A stretch of 64,000 bases of DNA. It comes from Marsupella aquatica (taxonomy: Eukaryota > Plantae > Marchantiophyta). Made by a program: the position numbers and the translations under genes. Location of the stretch: assembly GCA_973895155.1 (NCBI GenBank), contig OZ316894.1, positions 1 to 64,000 on the forward strand, in the 5' to 3' direction. The notes under the pieces are model-generated. The model saw only the letters and a list, made by a program, of their open reading frames with translations, was not told where the DNA came from and did not search any database. Each line of letters opens with the position of its first letter. Positions within the stretch are counted from its first letter, which is position 1. Shown piece by piece: positions 1-10,444 of this stretch.

Positions 1-191
1 CACTCATTGGATCCGGTATCTCTCTTGGCTATTGATCATCAAAATATTTATTCACGAGGTGTGGGGAGCATCGGAAGAAAAGACTGACTGTTTCCAGGCC
101 AACAGAGACGGGTGTCTCGGCAAGAGGGCCAACTTAATATCGGAAATTGAATGAAATGAAGTTCAGATAAATTCGTGAGGGGTAAACTTAC

Positions 192-509
192 CTGGCGAGT
201 GACAGTAATCTCACTCGAGTCTTCATAGCCGATAGGACTTCGCTTACGGTTCGAATTGTCAAACAGAATTGAAACTGTTGCTTTTGTAATTCCCGCCTGC
301 CCTTGCTTGTAAACCAGCTCTTGCAAGTTGCTTGCCCTAACTTGCTGCAAATTCGTAATTCCCAGCACGAAGCAAATAGAGTCCAAGATGTTCGACTTCC
401 CTGATCCATTCAGCCCTGTTATTGCGTTGAATTGCTGATCAAAGCCGGAAACCACAGTCCTTTGAGCGTACGACTTGAATCCGTCCAAGGTTATCTCCTT
501 CACATACAT
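192..509 (-). CDS. SMC2: Condensin subunit SMC2, first coding exon (gene continues off the left edge)
   Basis: [15 protein letters not shown]...[51 protein letters not shown] is the SMC2-specific N-terminal ATPase head. Phase-0 donor CAG|GTAAGT at 192/191. Confidence 0.95.
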
Positions 510-1356
510 CGCGCCAGCGTCCCCTGGACGACGACAACCTCTGCGCCAGACACGGAGGTTTGATGGCCACCAACATCTCTACATGATCTAAGGACATCCC
601 GGTGCCTATCCTCGCAAGCTCACAATCCTTGTAGAATTCACAATCTGCTAAGAATTACTTGTCGTACTGGCTTCGGATTGCTCAATTGCTATAGTTGCTT
701 CTCGGGGACTTGGTATCGAGCTTTGCGTAGCTACATGCTCACGAATCCGGTCATCCCTGTTAGGTTCGCGTTACCACTTTTACACGGCCTCTCGTCAAGT
801 CCTTTGGGCACACAATTCCTAGTAAGGGCCCTACCTATATACGTATACTGGATGTTCTTCTGCGTTTCGACCTTACATTGCTGGGCAACTATACTTCTCA
901 CCTCTGAGCGCCCAAGGAAGCGGGACAGAATCTCTTTTTCAGCCCGGGATACTGTCCATCCTGGTTCAAGTCCTGCTCATTTCTTGCATGACGTCTCCTG
1001 CTGCCTGAGCTCCTTTTATTTCCCGTCACAATCTACATCAATTTTGTTGCCACTTGCTCGTTACTTGCTTGTTGCCACTTGTCGTCAATTCTTCGTTTTG
1101 TATGCACGACACTTCAGTTGCAAAGGGTTCTTTCTTGGAGGGCGATAAACAAGAGCACTCGCGCCATAGTTTTTCAGAGGGCAATGTGCGGGTATGACGG
1201 TGGGTTGCTTTGGGGTTTGGATGGAAGATCTTCTCATACTTTTTCTTCTCAGAACTTGTAGTTTTGATTCTCAAGTTTTGATGGCAAAGCTGGGATGATT
1301 CGTAAACGAGTCCAGCAGGAGGAATTTGATCCTGGAGAAGATACCGCTACTGCTAT

Positions 1357-1626
1357 CAAATTCAGAACAAGAGTGTTATTACTTGGACCAGCATGATTGC
1401 GGGATACGCTAGGAGTGATCATGTTCAATCTGCACTCGACATTTTCAATCTAATGCGCCAAGAAGGCGTGAAGCCAAATGAGATCACGTATCTGAGCATC
1501 CTGAATGCATGTGGCAGCCCATTAGCTCTAACATGCGGAAAATAAATTCATGAGCATGTTCGACAGGTCGGCTTTGAATCATCCGTGCGTGTAGGGTCTG
1601 CTCTCGTACTGATGTACGCTAAATAG
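1357..1626 (+). pseudogene. PLS-class pentatricopeptide repeat (PPR) gene fragment
   Basis: Manual translation NKSVITWTSMIAGYARSDHVQSALDIFNLMRQEGVKPNEITYLSILNACGSPLALTCGK / frameshift / IHEHVRQVGFESSVRVGSALVLMYAK*. Typical P and L motifs, no flanking motifs. Confidence 0.85.
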
Positions 1627-1910
1627 TTCGCATTTTGACCCGAAGCTGCCCTGACGAGATGTCAAGGTCTCTCTGGTTTGAGAGTCGAATGACGGATTGT
1701 GAATGAATGAGTTGACAAAGATCCACAAATGATTTTTGACCTGAAACGACTTCACCATCATGTGAGCCTTCCGAATCATAATGAAGTCCTTCCAAAACAT
1801 CAAACACATTAGTCTTCAGGATGTCAAAGTGTTCCCTGAAGAGCTTCTTGGCTTCCTCTTCAAATTTAGTTGCTGCAAACTTCCGAGCGAGTTTGAGCAT
1901 CTGCCGTACA
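1619..1910 (-). pseudogene. Unidentified protein-coding fragment abutting the PPR fragment
   Basis: 93-aa ORF with protein-like composition (KLARKFAATKFEEEAKKLFREHFDILKTNVFDVLEG); family not recognised. Confidence 0.3.
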
Positions 1911-2223
1911 TTATCTACTCCTAATCGTCGGCAAAACTCAGTGTCGATGATTAATTATTTAGCATCTAGAACAAATTGGAAGGGATATCTAGTGAAGGCC
2001 GATCGCGATGTAGCAGTGATGACAAAACAACGTTGTAGGTCCTGTTTGGAGGCCAATTCAACGACGGTGGTTTGTATCAGCCCATCAAAAGTGGAATAAT
2101 GATCAGCGGAGGTCAACTATTTTTGTAAATTTGTAGCGGGTCCTAGTACAGAACCATAGTACTGAAAGTTGCCCTTTCTTTTCCCGAGGGGACATTTATG
2201 GCAGGACGTGATTGTTTCTCACC

Positions 2224-3001
2224 TAGAGATAGCCGATGGCATCACAATCTCTCTGGTGCTCCAGCCAAGCACAGCTCCTTGTTCCCAGAGCTACTGTCCA
2301 GAGTGCTAACTTACGTAGTGGCAGTCCTAGTGTGAATCAAGCTTTATCAGGCCCCAATAAACCTGACAGAGCGGCTACATACTGAGGCTTGATTCCAATC
2401 TTATCTGAGCATGCTTTGTCCCAGAGCGGCTACATACTGAGGCTTGATTCCAAGCTTATCTGAGCATGCTTTGTCCCAGATGGGAAGTCTGACCTCTGGG
2501 TCCCGCCCCGTAGCATCTGCTCGTCCCAGTTGTTTATCGAACTGTCCCCATCGCCCATTTGATCCCTAGGCTGTGTACAGCTGTAGCCCCTTTTCCTCCT
2601 TGCCCCCGCACTTCCGAATTGCAGCTTGAATGAATGTGCACTTTGTAGCCGACTGAGCAGCCAGGTGGATCAAATCAGCTTTAGTATTATGTCAGTCTTT
2701 TCCCTTTGGCCCAGTGTCCAAAGCTGCTGACATGGCTGTTCTAATCACATTGGCTTGCTACAACATTACTCCGACAGCATCTACTCTTAGTGACCCAACA
2801 GCATCGCGATCCCTAACTACTCCGCCGAATTTTCCAAAGCTCAGCACAGTATTGACTTTACACGTGACCTCTTAAGCAAACCATTCATTCCTGTAGACTC
2901 AAGCAAGCGATGCTCAGAGTCTCATCGCCTTTCGCAGATCATTGGGGGGCAACAGACCACCGGCAGCACTTGAGAGATAGAATGCATGTCGACGCGGGAG
3001 C
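2224..3001. repeat. Duplicated block 1, copy A (copy B at ~18943-19847)
   Basis: Shared start TAGAGATAGCCGATGGCATCACAATC and shared end GACGCGGGAGC; collinear with indels. Confidence 0.9.
2345..2680 (-). pseudogene. Thylakoid lumen 29 kDa protein (TL29/APX4-like) fragment, copy A
   Basis: Reverse translation ADLIHLAAQSATKCTFIQAAIRKCGGKEEKGLQLYTA*GSNGRWGQFDKQLGRADATGRDPEVRLPIWDKA matches TL29 (AIRKCGGNEEKG...GQWGLFDRNFGRSDATEADPEGRVPQW). Internal stop and a ~56-bp tandem duplication at ~2366-2478. Confidence 0.85.
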
Positions 3002-3617
3002 TCAATCACCACTGAACAGCCCCGCCTGGCATAAGGTTTCTTTACTCTAAGTACACACCAAACGCTCGTCCGCCGCAATGACATGAAAATCCCCCTCAAA
3101 ACAAAATACATTGACGACATCACTGTTTTGAGAATACAAGGATTACAGCAGTGCAAATATTTCGTCCACTAGGATCTCCACTTCTCCAGTCAATCAGTCC
3201 AAAGTAGGCGTTGAGATTCTCCGAATGATGAAACCTGTCCGGTAGAAGACTTTGGAACGCGCAACACTGCAACATGACCGAGTCACGTCAACGGTGCCCA
3301 CATCTTGCGAACAACTCACTTTTGCATATTGTGTCGAGTTGCAAACGAACAAACCGGGATGCTGCTGTCATCTCTCGCTCTCTAGTCCCCACGGCCGATG
3401 TCGTCATTCTTTCTTGTGAGATGTTTGGTTTTTTCATTTTCAATACCTTTGCGGACCCACTTGTTAGTGAGCACATGGGTCCTATGTTTTGCAGGGCCAC
3501 AGGGATCCGTGTGTTTGAAGGTTGAGCGAATTAGTGAAGCGGCATATTGGGTTTAGGGTTGCATTCTCTGGCTCGTGGGGTCCCGCCTTCATTTCTTCAT
3601 CGTTTTGCTTCTCGTTG

Positions 3618-4714
3618 GACTATCGCAGCTTGAGTTTTTCAACTGGGCTTGTTACCAGTCTTGTCGTTTGAGCTTCATCGAGGAGTCTCTAACATGTGTA
3701 CTTGTCACTCGTCTGGTTAGATCGACTTTGTATCGACTGCTGCTGCCAACAGATCCTTGTGGTGTTCTCCCTTCTCTATTTCGAATGTATCTTCTCTCCA
3801 TATATAGTTAGATCTGATCGGTAATTAGCTATTGCATCTCTCAATTATTTTGCACTTTATTAACTCAGGGTGCAAACATGGGATCATTAATTTGGCACTG
3901 CGAATGTGTTGGAATATATATATTGCGCGTTGTTTTATGGGAGAAAGGTGCGAAAATAGTCCCAGCTAGATAATACACTTGACCTCCCGTGCAAATCTGA
4001 TATTCAGGCCTGTGTTAAGTGCATAATTTCTTTTCGCTTCTAAACACTATTTTCGGTGCTTCATTCGTGCAAAAGAGAAAAGTTTTTGTTGTGATTATGT
4101 TGTGCCTCCCCCTAGAGTCCTGTGGGCAGGATATATAGAGATGGATACTCCGAGCTTGTATAGGAGGAGAGATTGATGGACAATGGTTTAATTACCAAAG
4201 AGGCGATTTGATCGCATGCACAAGTATGCAGAGAATGATGTCATTGTCCCGGCAAAGTTTAAAGAGTTTCTGAACGCAGAGCAAGGTGAAACCGAGGTTG
4301 GGTGATGCCGAGAAGATCATCAATGAGCAGATGGCTCACTAGAATACGATATTGATGAAAGCAAAGCACTCCTTCACATTGGATGCATTCCTCCAGTACC
4401 TTCTCGACCCGATTGTCAACATTGCTTACTTAAACAAGGTGAGACAAAACTAGACGCGTCAATTTTTCCGTTTCTCATGTCTCGAGTAAGGCACGAATTA
4501 GAGTGGAGCCAATCCAGTACTTCACAGTGAATTCTAGCACACTATTGTGGCTGCGGTAGTCGGAAGATTGTATAAAGCTGTGAAGAGGGTCTATATATGG
4601 CGGATCTTTAGAGGTACGGATGGCTCATAGGCAGTTTTGTGACTTTCGTGGTCGGAAGCTGCCTTCAATCTGTCCCTAGATAAGGCTGGGAAATTGGCAT
4701 AGAGACCTTGCCAT
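3618..4714. repeat. Duplicated block 2, copy A (copy B at ~21602-22434)
   Basis: Shared start GACTATCGCAGCTTGAGTTTTTCAA and shared end TAAGGCTGGGAAAT..CTTGCCAT. Copy A has ~300 bp extra at ~3801-4097. Confidence 0.9.
4197..4438 (+). pseudogene. Phosphoinositide phospholipase C (PI-PLC) EF-hand exon fragment, copy A
   Basis: FDRMHKYAENDVIVPAKFKEFLNAEQGETEV..DAEKIINEQ...FTLDAFLQYLLDP resembles plant PLC N-terminus (FEKYSENGVM..HRFLIDVQ...DAQSII...LDAFFKYL). Ends at donor AAG|GTGAG. Frameshift and stop present. Confidence 0.7.
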
Positions 4715-5489
4715 GTATGTTGTATGAGATTGTGGCCGTTTCAGCCAATTCTTTTGATGCTTCAATCAACCGAGTGGTTGTTGCACCTCACTGGTCACGT
4801 CAAGTGAACTACTGTACTAGCTACTGCGTTTATGTCCACTAAGGCCTCTGGTGGCTGGTCGAGTAGAACTCCCACACCAATAATGAACCTGTTAGCCGAA
4901 GCCCGCCACAAAGTTGTTAGGGGATCGGGACCAAAAGGCTGAGGGCAGCGCCCTATTCTACCCAAAACGCCACTTTTGGAACTTTTTTAAGTAGTACACA
5001 TTGCGCCTGTTTTTTTCTCCACTTCCTGCTACAACTTTTTAGGTTTTGTGATTAGACTGCCTCGCCGCCATCAAAGCTTAACATTGGGCCTTGTAGACTG
5101 TTCGAGACTGCCAGCTGATTTCTCCAAAGGGTCGCCGCTATAGCTTCTCCAAGAGAACGAATGCCACTGCAGCTTCCCCAGCAGAGGGTGGTCAAAAATC
5201 TGGATCACGTCCCATAGCCTGTCCACCTTGCTCCAAGCACTCATAGAGTCTTGAGTTTACGTTGTGTGCACATTGTGCTCCCCGTAAAATTTTGTCATTT
5301 CGCGCGCGCGGCAACTTGGACTTGGTTCCTCACAATCGCGCATGCGTGGAACTTGTGATTGCTCTGTTATAAAGACTTTCAACAAAGTTTAACTACAAAA
5401 TCAATTACGTGTCCAAGTTCGTCTGTAACTGCGGGGCTATTGCCTTTACTTCCCACAATACCGTGATCTCCTTGTTAATCTTAACAAGA

Positions 5490-5560
5490 GCATCTACACA
5501 TCTCTTAGCATGTACCCAACTCTTAGCATCTACATAACTCTTAGCATCTACGCAAGTCTT
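5490..5560. repeat. 18-bp minisatellite (TCTTAGCATCTACATAAC-like, ~4 units)
   Basis: Visible tandem units; gives the VDAKS repeats in ORF 5405..5722. Confidence 0.7.
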
Positions 5561-6159
5561 CGTTTCCATTGGCAACCATTTCCACTGTGCAACGACCTGC
5601 CGAGCAGTACCTCCAGGAATTTGGTATAACAATTGTAAGAGAAGGCCAGACATCATAGCCCCTTGAGTGTGCACCTCGGGATCTCCTGGGGGGACATCCA
5701 TAGAAGGAGATCCTTCTTTCAATTGGAGAAGAGGGCGTTGAGTGCGGTTCTCGTTGATCCCTTCCCTTCACTGGGGCGAACGGATGAGGGTCTCTACGAC
5801 AACTCAATGCAGTTCTAAAGATTGTCGACAACCCAACAATTGAAAGAGGAATAGAATCTTGATCTGTGGGAATGAGCCCGTCCTTCCAACTTCTTGACAT
5901 GCCTGGCCAAAGAGCTTGATCGATTAACAGAGTCACTGGCCTGCTATATATCAAAACCTTTCATGGTAGTGATTGTCATTCAATCCAGGCATTCATCCAG
6001 AGCTAGAGACCTTGCAGTGGGCACTACTAGTACATAGTTGGACAGCTACAAGATACGGATGTTACATGCTGTTGCTTGAGCATTTAGACAGTGTTTGGTC
6101 ACTTTAGTCTCTAGAAGATATGAATGGTCTTGTTGCTCGCAGAAAATCTAGTCTCTACT

Positions 6160-6495
6160 TTAGATAGTGATAATACCTAGGTTAGCATGTTCTAAGTTCT
6201 TTGTAGTTATTGGCGGCTTGATCAGGAATTTTCGATAGTGATAATACCTAGGTTAGCATAATTTCTGAATCTTTGTAGTTATTCGGAACTCAGGAATGTT
6301 GGCTCAGTCTTTGGTCTTCAAATGGTATTTCTCTGGTTTTCTCCCCTTTTGTGTGTCTCATTTAGTTGAGATCCTCTGTCTCTTCTCCCCTCTTGTGTGT
6401 CTCATTTAGTTGAGATCCTGTATCAGCTTCTCCCCGTTTTGGGGGGTCATGTAATTGGGATCCTGTCCCTTCTCCCCTTTATTGGGTCTCATCCA
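6160..6495. repeat. Degenerate tandem repeats (GATAGTGATAATACCTAGGTTAGCAT x2; ~45-bp TTCTCCCC..GTCTCATTTAGTTGAGATCC x4), LTR/TE-like
   Basis: Direct repeats at ~6163/6234 and ~6338-6495. Confidence 0.65.
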
Positions 6496-6793
6496 CAGAT
6501 TTGGCTCATTTTGTTCTTTGGTAGAGTGATTCATTTCCATTTGGACCCTCATTAGATGTATGTAAGCTAACGGAACATATTAAACAAATGGGACCTGCCT
6601 GTGGGCAAAAACCTATTGGGACCACATGTGAACCTTGTCCTCTATCTAGTACCCATTGTTGCTTCTTTCTTGCAGTTATTTTTCATCATTTTGTTACTGA
6701 TAACAATTAATAAATTGAGCTCAAAATAATTGATTTAATTAACCTTTGCTGTGTTTGCATTTCCTTTCTAAATCACTTAAGCTGAGGGTAAAG

Positions 6794-6815
6794 TTTAGGG
6801 TTTAGGGTTTAGTTT
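6794..6815 (+). repeat. Short interstitial telomeric repeat (TTTAGGG)2-3; second copy at ~7182-7200
   Basis: GTTTAGGGTTTAGGGTTTAG. Confidence 0.7.
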
Positions 6816-7576
6816 ATCTCTATAATTTGCTTTACTCCATTGTACTTTGTTTGGCCTTTTTCAGGAAATTGGTCCTTAGTTTTCTTAAATGTACTTCTTC
6901 CTCGTTTTCTATTTTAGTAAGGTCTCAATGTGGGGAGAGTTTTGTAGATCAATGAACTTAGAAAGTTTGTCTCTGCTTTGGAGCAATGTCGGCTTAATTT
7001 ACAGCAGGGGAGTGTGAGTTCTTTGACAGTACTGGTCTAAGTATCCTAAATGTTAGATTCCCCTCAACAGACCCTACATGTGATCACACATTGAGACTTC
7101 ACCCCTGGCTGCCTCTCACCAATATGTGCAACGTGCACTATATATATAAATTAACACACTTAGAATCAACTACTGTAGAAAGTTTAGGGTTTAGGGTTTA
7201 CTAATGATTTCTTATTAATTTCTTCTAGTGATGCCCATCTTGCAGTCTTATGTAAACTGTCAGTGAAATAAGTGTCACTCCCCCTATAAAAGAGGGGAGT
7301 AAGCCCATTCCCTTCAATTATCTGAGCTTTGCCTAAATACACACATTGCACTCACCCATGGTGGAATGTAAGTTTATGGCATTCAAAGTCCAAACTCCAG
7401 TTTGACTGCAACCAGCTAAATTGTAGGGTGGACTCCCTTGCCAATTAACTGCTGAACTTATTGTTGTTAGTTTAGCAAATGAGTAGCTAAACTATTCACT
7501 TAGTTTTCTCACTTTGATATCTTTTCCTCACTTTTACTCTTTCTCTCTCCTTGGTATGTTTTCTCATGTCAACATC

Positions 7577-7606
7577 TTTTGTTCAACGCACGGGCATTGG
7601 TCTAGT
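7577..7606 (+). mobile_element. Helitron 3' terminus
   Basis: TTTTGTTCAACGCACGGGCATTGGTCTAG|T resembles the plant Helitron end (CCCGT..CAACGCACGGG..CTAG|T), with the left hairpin arm decayed C->T. Confidence 0.6.
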
Positions 7607-9011
7607 TATAGATATGAATACTCCCTCAAATGCATAGCACAACAGAGTGCCCCAAAAGTGCAGAGATTTTGGTACTCTGGAGCTAGTCTGGATCTAGATA
7701 TATCCTAATAACAAGGAACTGGCACTCCAGCTTGCTTTGATGAAAAAAGTCACAATGCCATTACCTTCTTATAAATTTACCCTTGTACATTTTATGGTTC
7801 AGATTGTTGAACGATTCAAAGTGTAAGCTCATATGGGATCCCATCCGGGTCCCATGCATCTAATCATTAAACTGTTAAACCCTTTCAAGGTATTATAAAC
7901 ACTTAATGAACACTCAACTATTATTTGATTCCTAACCATAACAATCTTTATGGTGCAACCTCTCGCCAAGTAATGAGTATCCACTGATTCCACCAGGCTA
8001 CAAGTAGTCAATTCAGATTGGCGGCAGAAGAATAATCATTTTGCCTTGAGTAACTCTGAAGTGTGATTCATTTATGCCTGGTTTGGCCTTGATTTGTCAT
8101 CCGTCACACCTGGTCATCCCGCCCCTATCCTGACACCGTCCCAACCTCATCCCAACCCTATCCCAACCCCACCCGGTCCCAACCACACCCCGTAGGGCAA
8201 CACGTAAACTTGCCCGTTAACTCAAACCGGGCATTTATCCCACACAAAGATCATCCAACCCCAGGGGCAGGTGAATAATCATTATGCATGGAGTAACTCT
8301 GGAATGTGACTCATTTCTGCCAAGGGAAGATCATCCAAACCCAAGGGAATGCAGCACATTGAACATGGTCAGAACATTGAACTACACAAACAAGGAGGGA
8401 GCTCGACCTGTACTTGCTCTAGGTTGGTCTCCTAGTGGTGTTGGCTATGCTGATGAGGAAGAAGCCTGAAGCACTTGTTGCTGCAAGCTGCCTCTCTCCG
8501 GCCACAATTCCAGGATCCTGAAAATTAAGCTTCACACCCTGACTTGGGCGTATGCCCAGGTTGACATTTTCCCTCCCTATCATTCTTATTGTTCGGAGAA
8601 CATGATTGACAGTGAGTTTTGAAGTAAATTCTGGTGTATTATCCTTTTCCTTTTAATTAGTAGATATTTAAAAAGCAGAAGGGTTTGCAGAATTTATCAC
8701 AAAGGACATGGTTACATTTCATTATATTGAGTTTATGATGGTTTTATTACATTTTGCTTTGAACTTTTTATTGAATACTCCACGTTTCTCAGATTGCACA
8801 AGGGGATCTGGTTGTTGGGATGACTTTGTGAGTGCAAAATCTACTTCCTTTAGTAGTTGGGAAGCTATCGGCCCTCTTTCACAAGATATTGCCTTACACG
8901 TCATTCAAAAGTAAGTTGGCTTCAAGCACTATTGTTGCCAATGATATGAAGCTCTACATGCACTTGGACAAATGAGTTTCAGTTTCAGGTTTCTTGTCAT
9001 TGTTTTTGGTC

Positions 9012-9500
9012 ATCCTCAAGACACTAAATCCTTTTAGTGTTCTGTGCAGTGTCATTCATGCCAACATTGTACAAATATTGAGGCGAGACCAAGGAAAGAA
9101 CTGTACACTCCTTGGGACAAATCAATAGTAGATTTATGAAGGTGAGTACCTCAACATCAAAATTCCCCCTTTCTCCCCACCTACATGTTGAATTATTCAT
9201 AAATCTAATGATAAAAATTACAACTTACGGCATTTCGGTACTCAGATCTGAAATGGTTCGTGTACTATTTGACCGGAATTGTAATATTTACTGAATTGGA
9301 ATTAGAATAAACAAATTCAGTGGATTTGTTTGCTATAGTGTGGGAAAATCTAAAAAAATTGAACACCATAAAATTAAAGTTTACACTTTATTGGATTCTT
9401 TGTTATAAAAACATTCTTGAACTGTTTGTTAGAAAAGTTCTTAAACTAAAGTCCTCAAGGTTTTGAAGGACAGTATTTTTGAATGGCTATGATCACAGAT
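9012..9500 (+). pseudogene. Truncated, decayed 5' part of the TET/JBP-like dioxygenase gene (paralog of 35563-36160)
   Basis: Shares GAAGGTGAGTACC donor, GGTACTCAGATC..AAATGGTTCGTGTACTATTTGACCGGAATT intron sequence and WE.LKKL.T.KLKF.L.WIL coding sequence with the 35.6-36.2 kb gene. Confidence 0.8.
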
Positions 9501-9554
9501 CTCACCTTTTGGACGTGGTTACAATTATCCCTATTTTCATTGCTCCCCATGTGA

Positions 9555-9952
9555 ATGAGGGTACTTTTATCTCCTGAGGGTACCCTTGTGCATGAGGGTA
9601 CTCTTATCAGTGAGGGTACTCTTATCAATGTGGTACATTTATCAACGATGGTACTTAATTAGATCAATGAGGGTACCCTTATCAATGAGGGTACTCTTAT
9701 CTCCTGAGGGTACCCTTGTGCTTGAGGGTACTCTTATCAACGAGGGTACTCTTATCAGCGAGGGACTCTTATCAGCGAGGGTACTCTTATCAATGGGTAC
9801 GCTTATCAACAATGGTACTTTGATCAGTGAGGGTACCCTTATCAATGAGGGTACTCTTATCTCCTGAGGGTACCCTTGCGTATGAGGGTACTCTTAAGTA
9901 TCAATGAGGGTACACTTATCAACAATGGTACTTTGATAATGGGGGTACCCTT
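9555..9952. repeat. Minisatellite of ~20 quasi-palindromic 18-bp units (ATGAGGGTACTCTTATCA)
   Basis: Visible tandem units with GGGTACCC/GGGTACTC core; second array at ~56992-57405. Confidence 0.9.
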
Positions 9953-10444
9953 TGATTTTCCCAACGGCTTAGTGACTCCGAGGTGTCTACTATCCTCTTC
10001 GACTACGTGGGCAGGAATCTGCGGTCAGTGTTGTTTTTGCTTCTCCTACAGGCACTTACCGGCCGCGTGTTCTGCATCACGGCCCCATTATTTTGACAAC
10101 CTGGTAACACAATTCAACATTCGTGAAGCAGGAACTCGACATCCCACACATCAAAAGGAACGGCTGGATTGCGAGGTCCTACAAGTGTGCCAAGGGGTGG
10201 AGTATAAGGCAAGGCAGAAGGCAGCTTTTTGGCAGGCGTAGGATGAGGAGCAGCAACAACGGGAGGAAGCTGAATTACAACACCTGGCATTACGGGCCCA
10301 AGAGTTTGAGGCGGATGGGGCATAGACCCGGGTGTGGATTAGCATTGAGTCTAGAGAGTAAATAATATATCACAACTGTACAGAGTGAATTAGTTCTAAT
10401 CAGGAAGCTTGGTCTTCTTTAATTTGTATCTCATTTCCCACGTC

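Noticed and set aside
48-191. C-terminal 47 aa of the SMC2 ORF
   Set aside because: This is read-through into the intron after the CAG|GTAAGT donor.
711-721. TGGTATCGAGC resembling a tRNA-Met PBS
   Set aside because: It is one base short, has no preceding CA-ended LTR and no downstream gag.
9586-9867. ORFs with EGTLI/MRVLLS repeats (also 56895-57443)
   Set aside because: They are artefacts of the 18-bp minisatellite being open in several frames.
9555-9952. CRISPR-like appearance of the palindromic repeat arrays (also 56992-57405)
   Set aside because: Units are contiguous with no unique spacers, there are no cas genes, and the context is eukaryotic.
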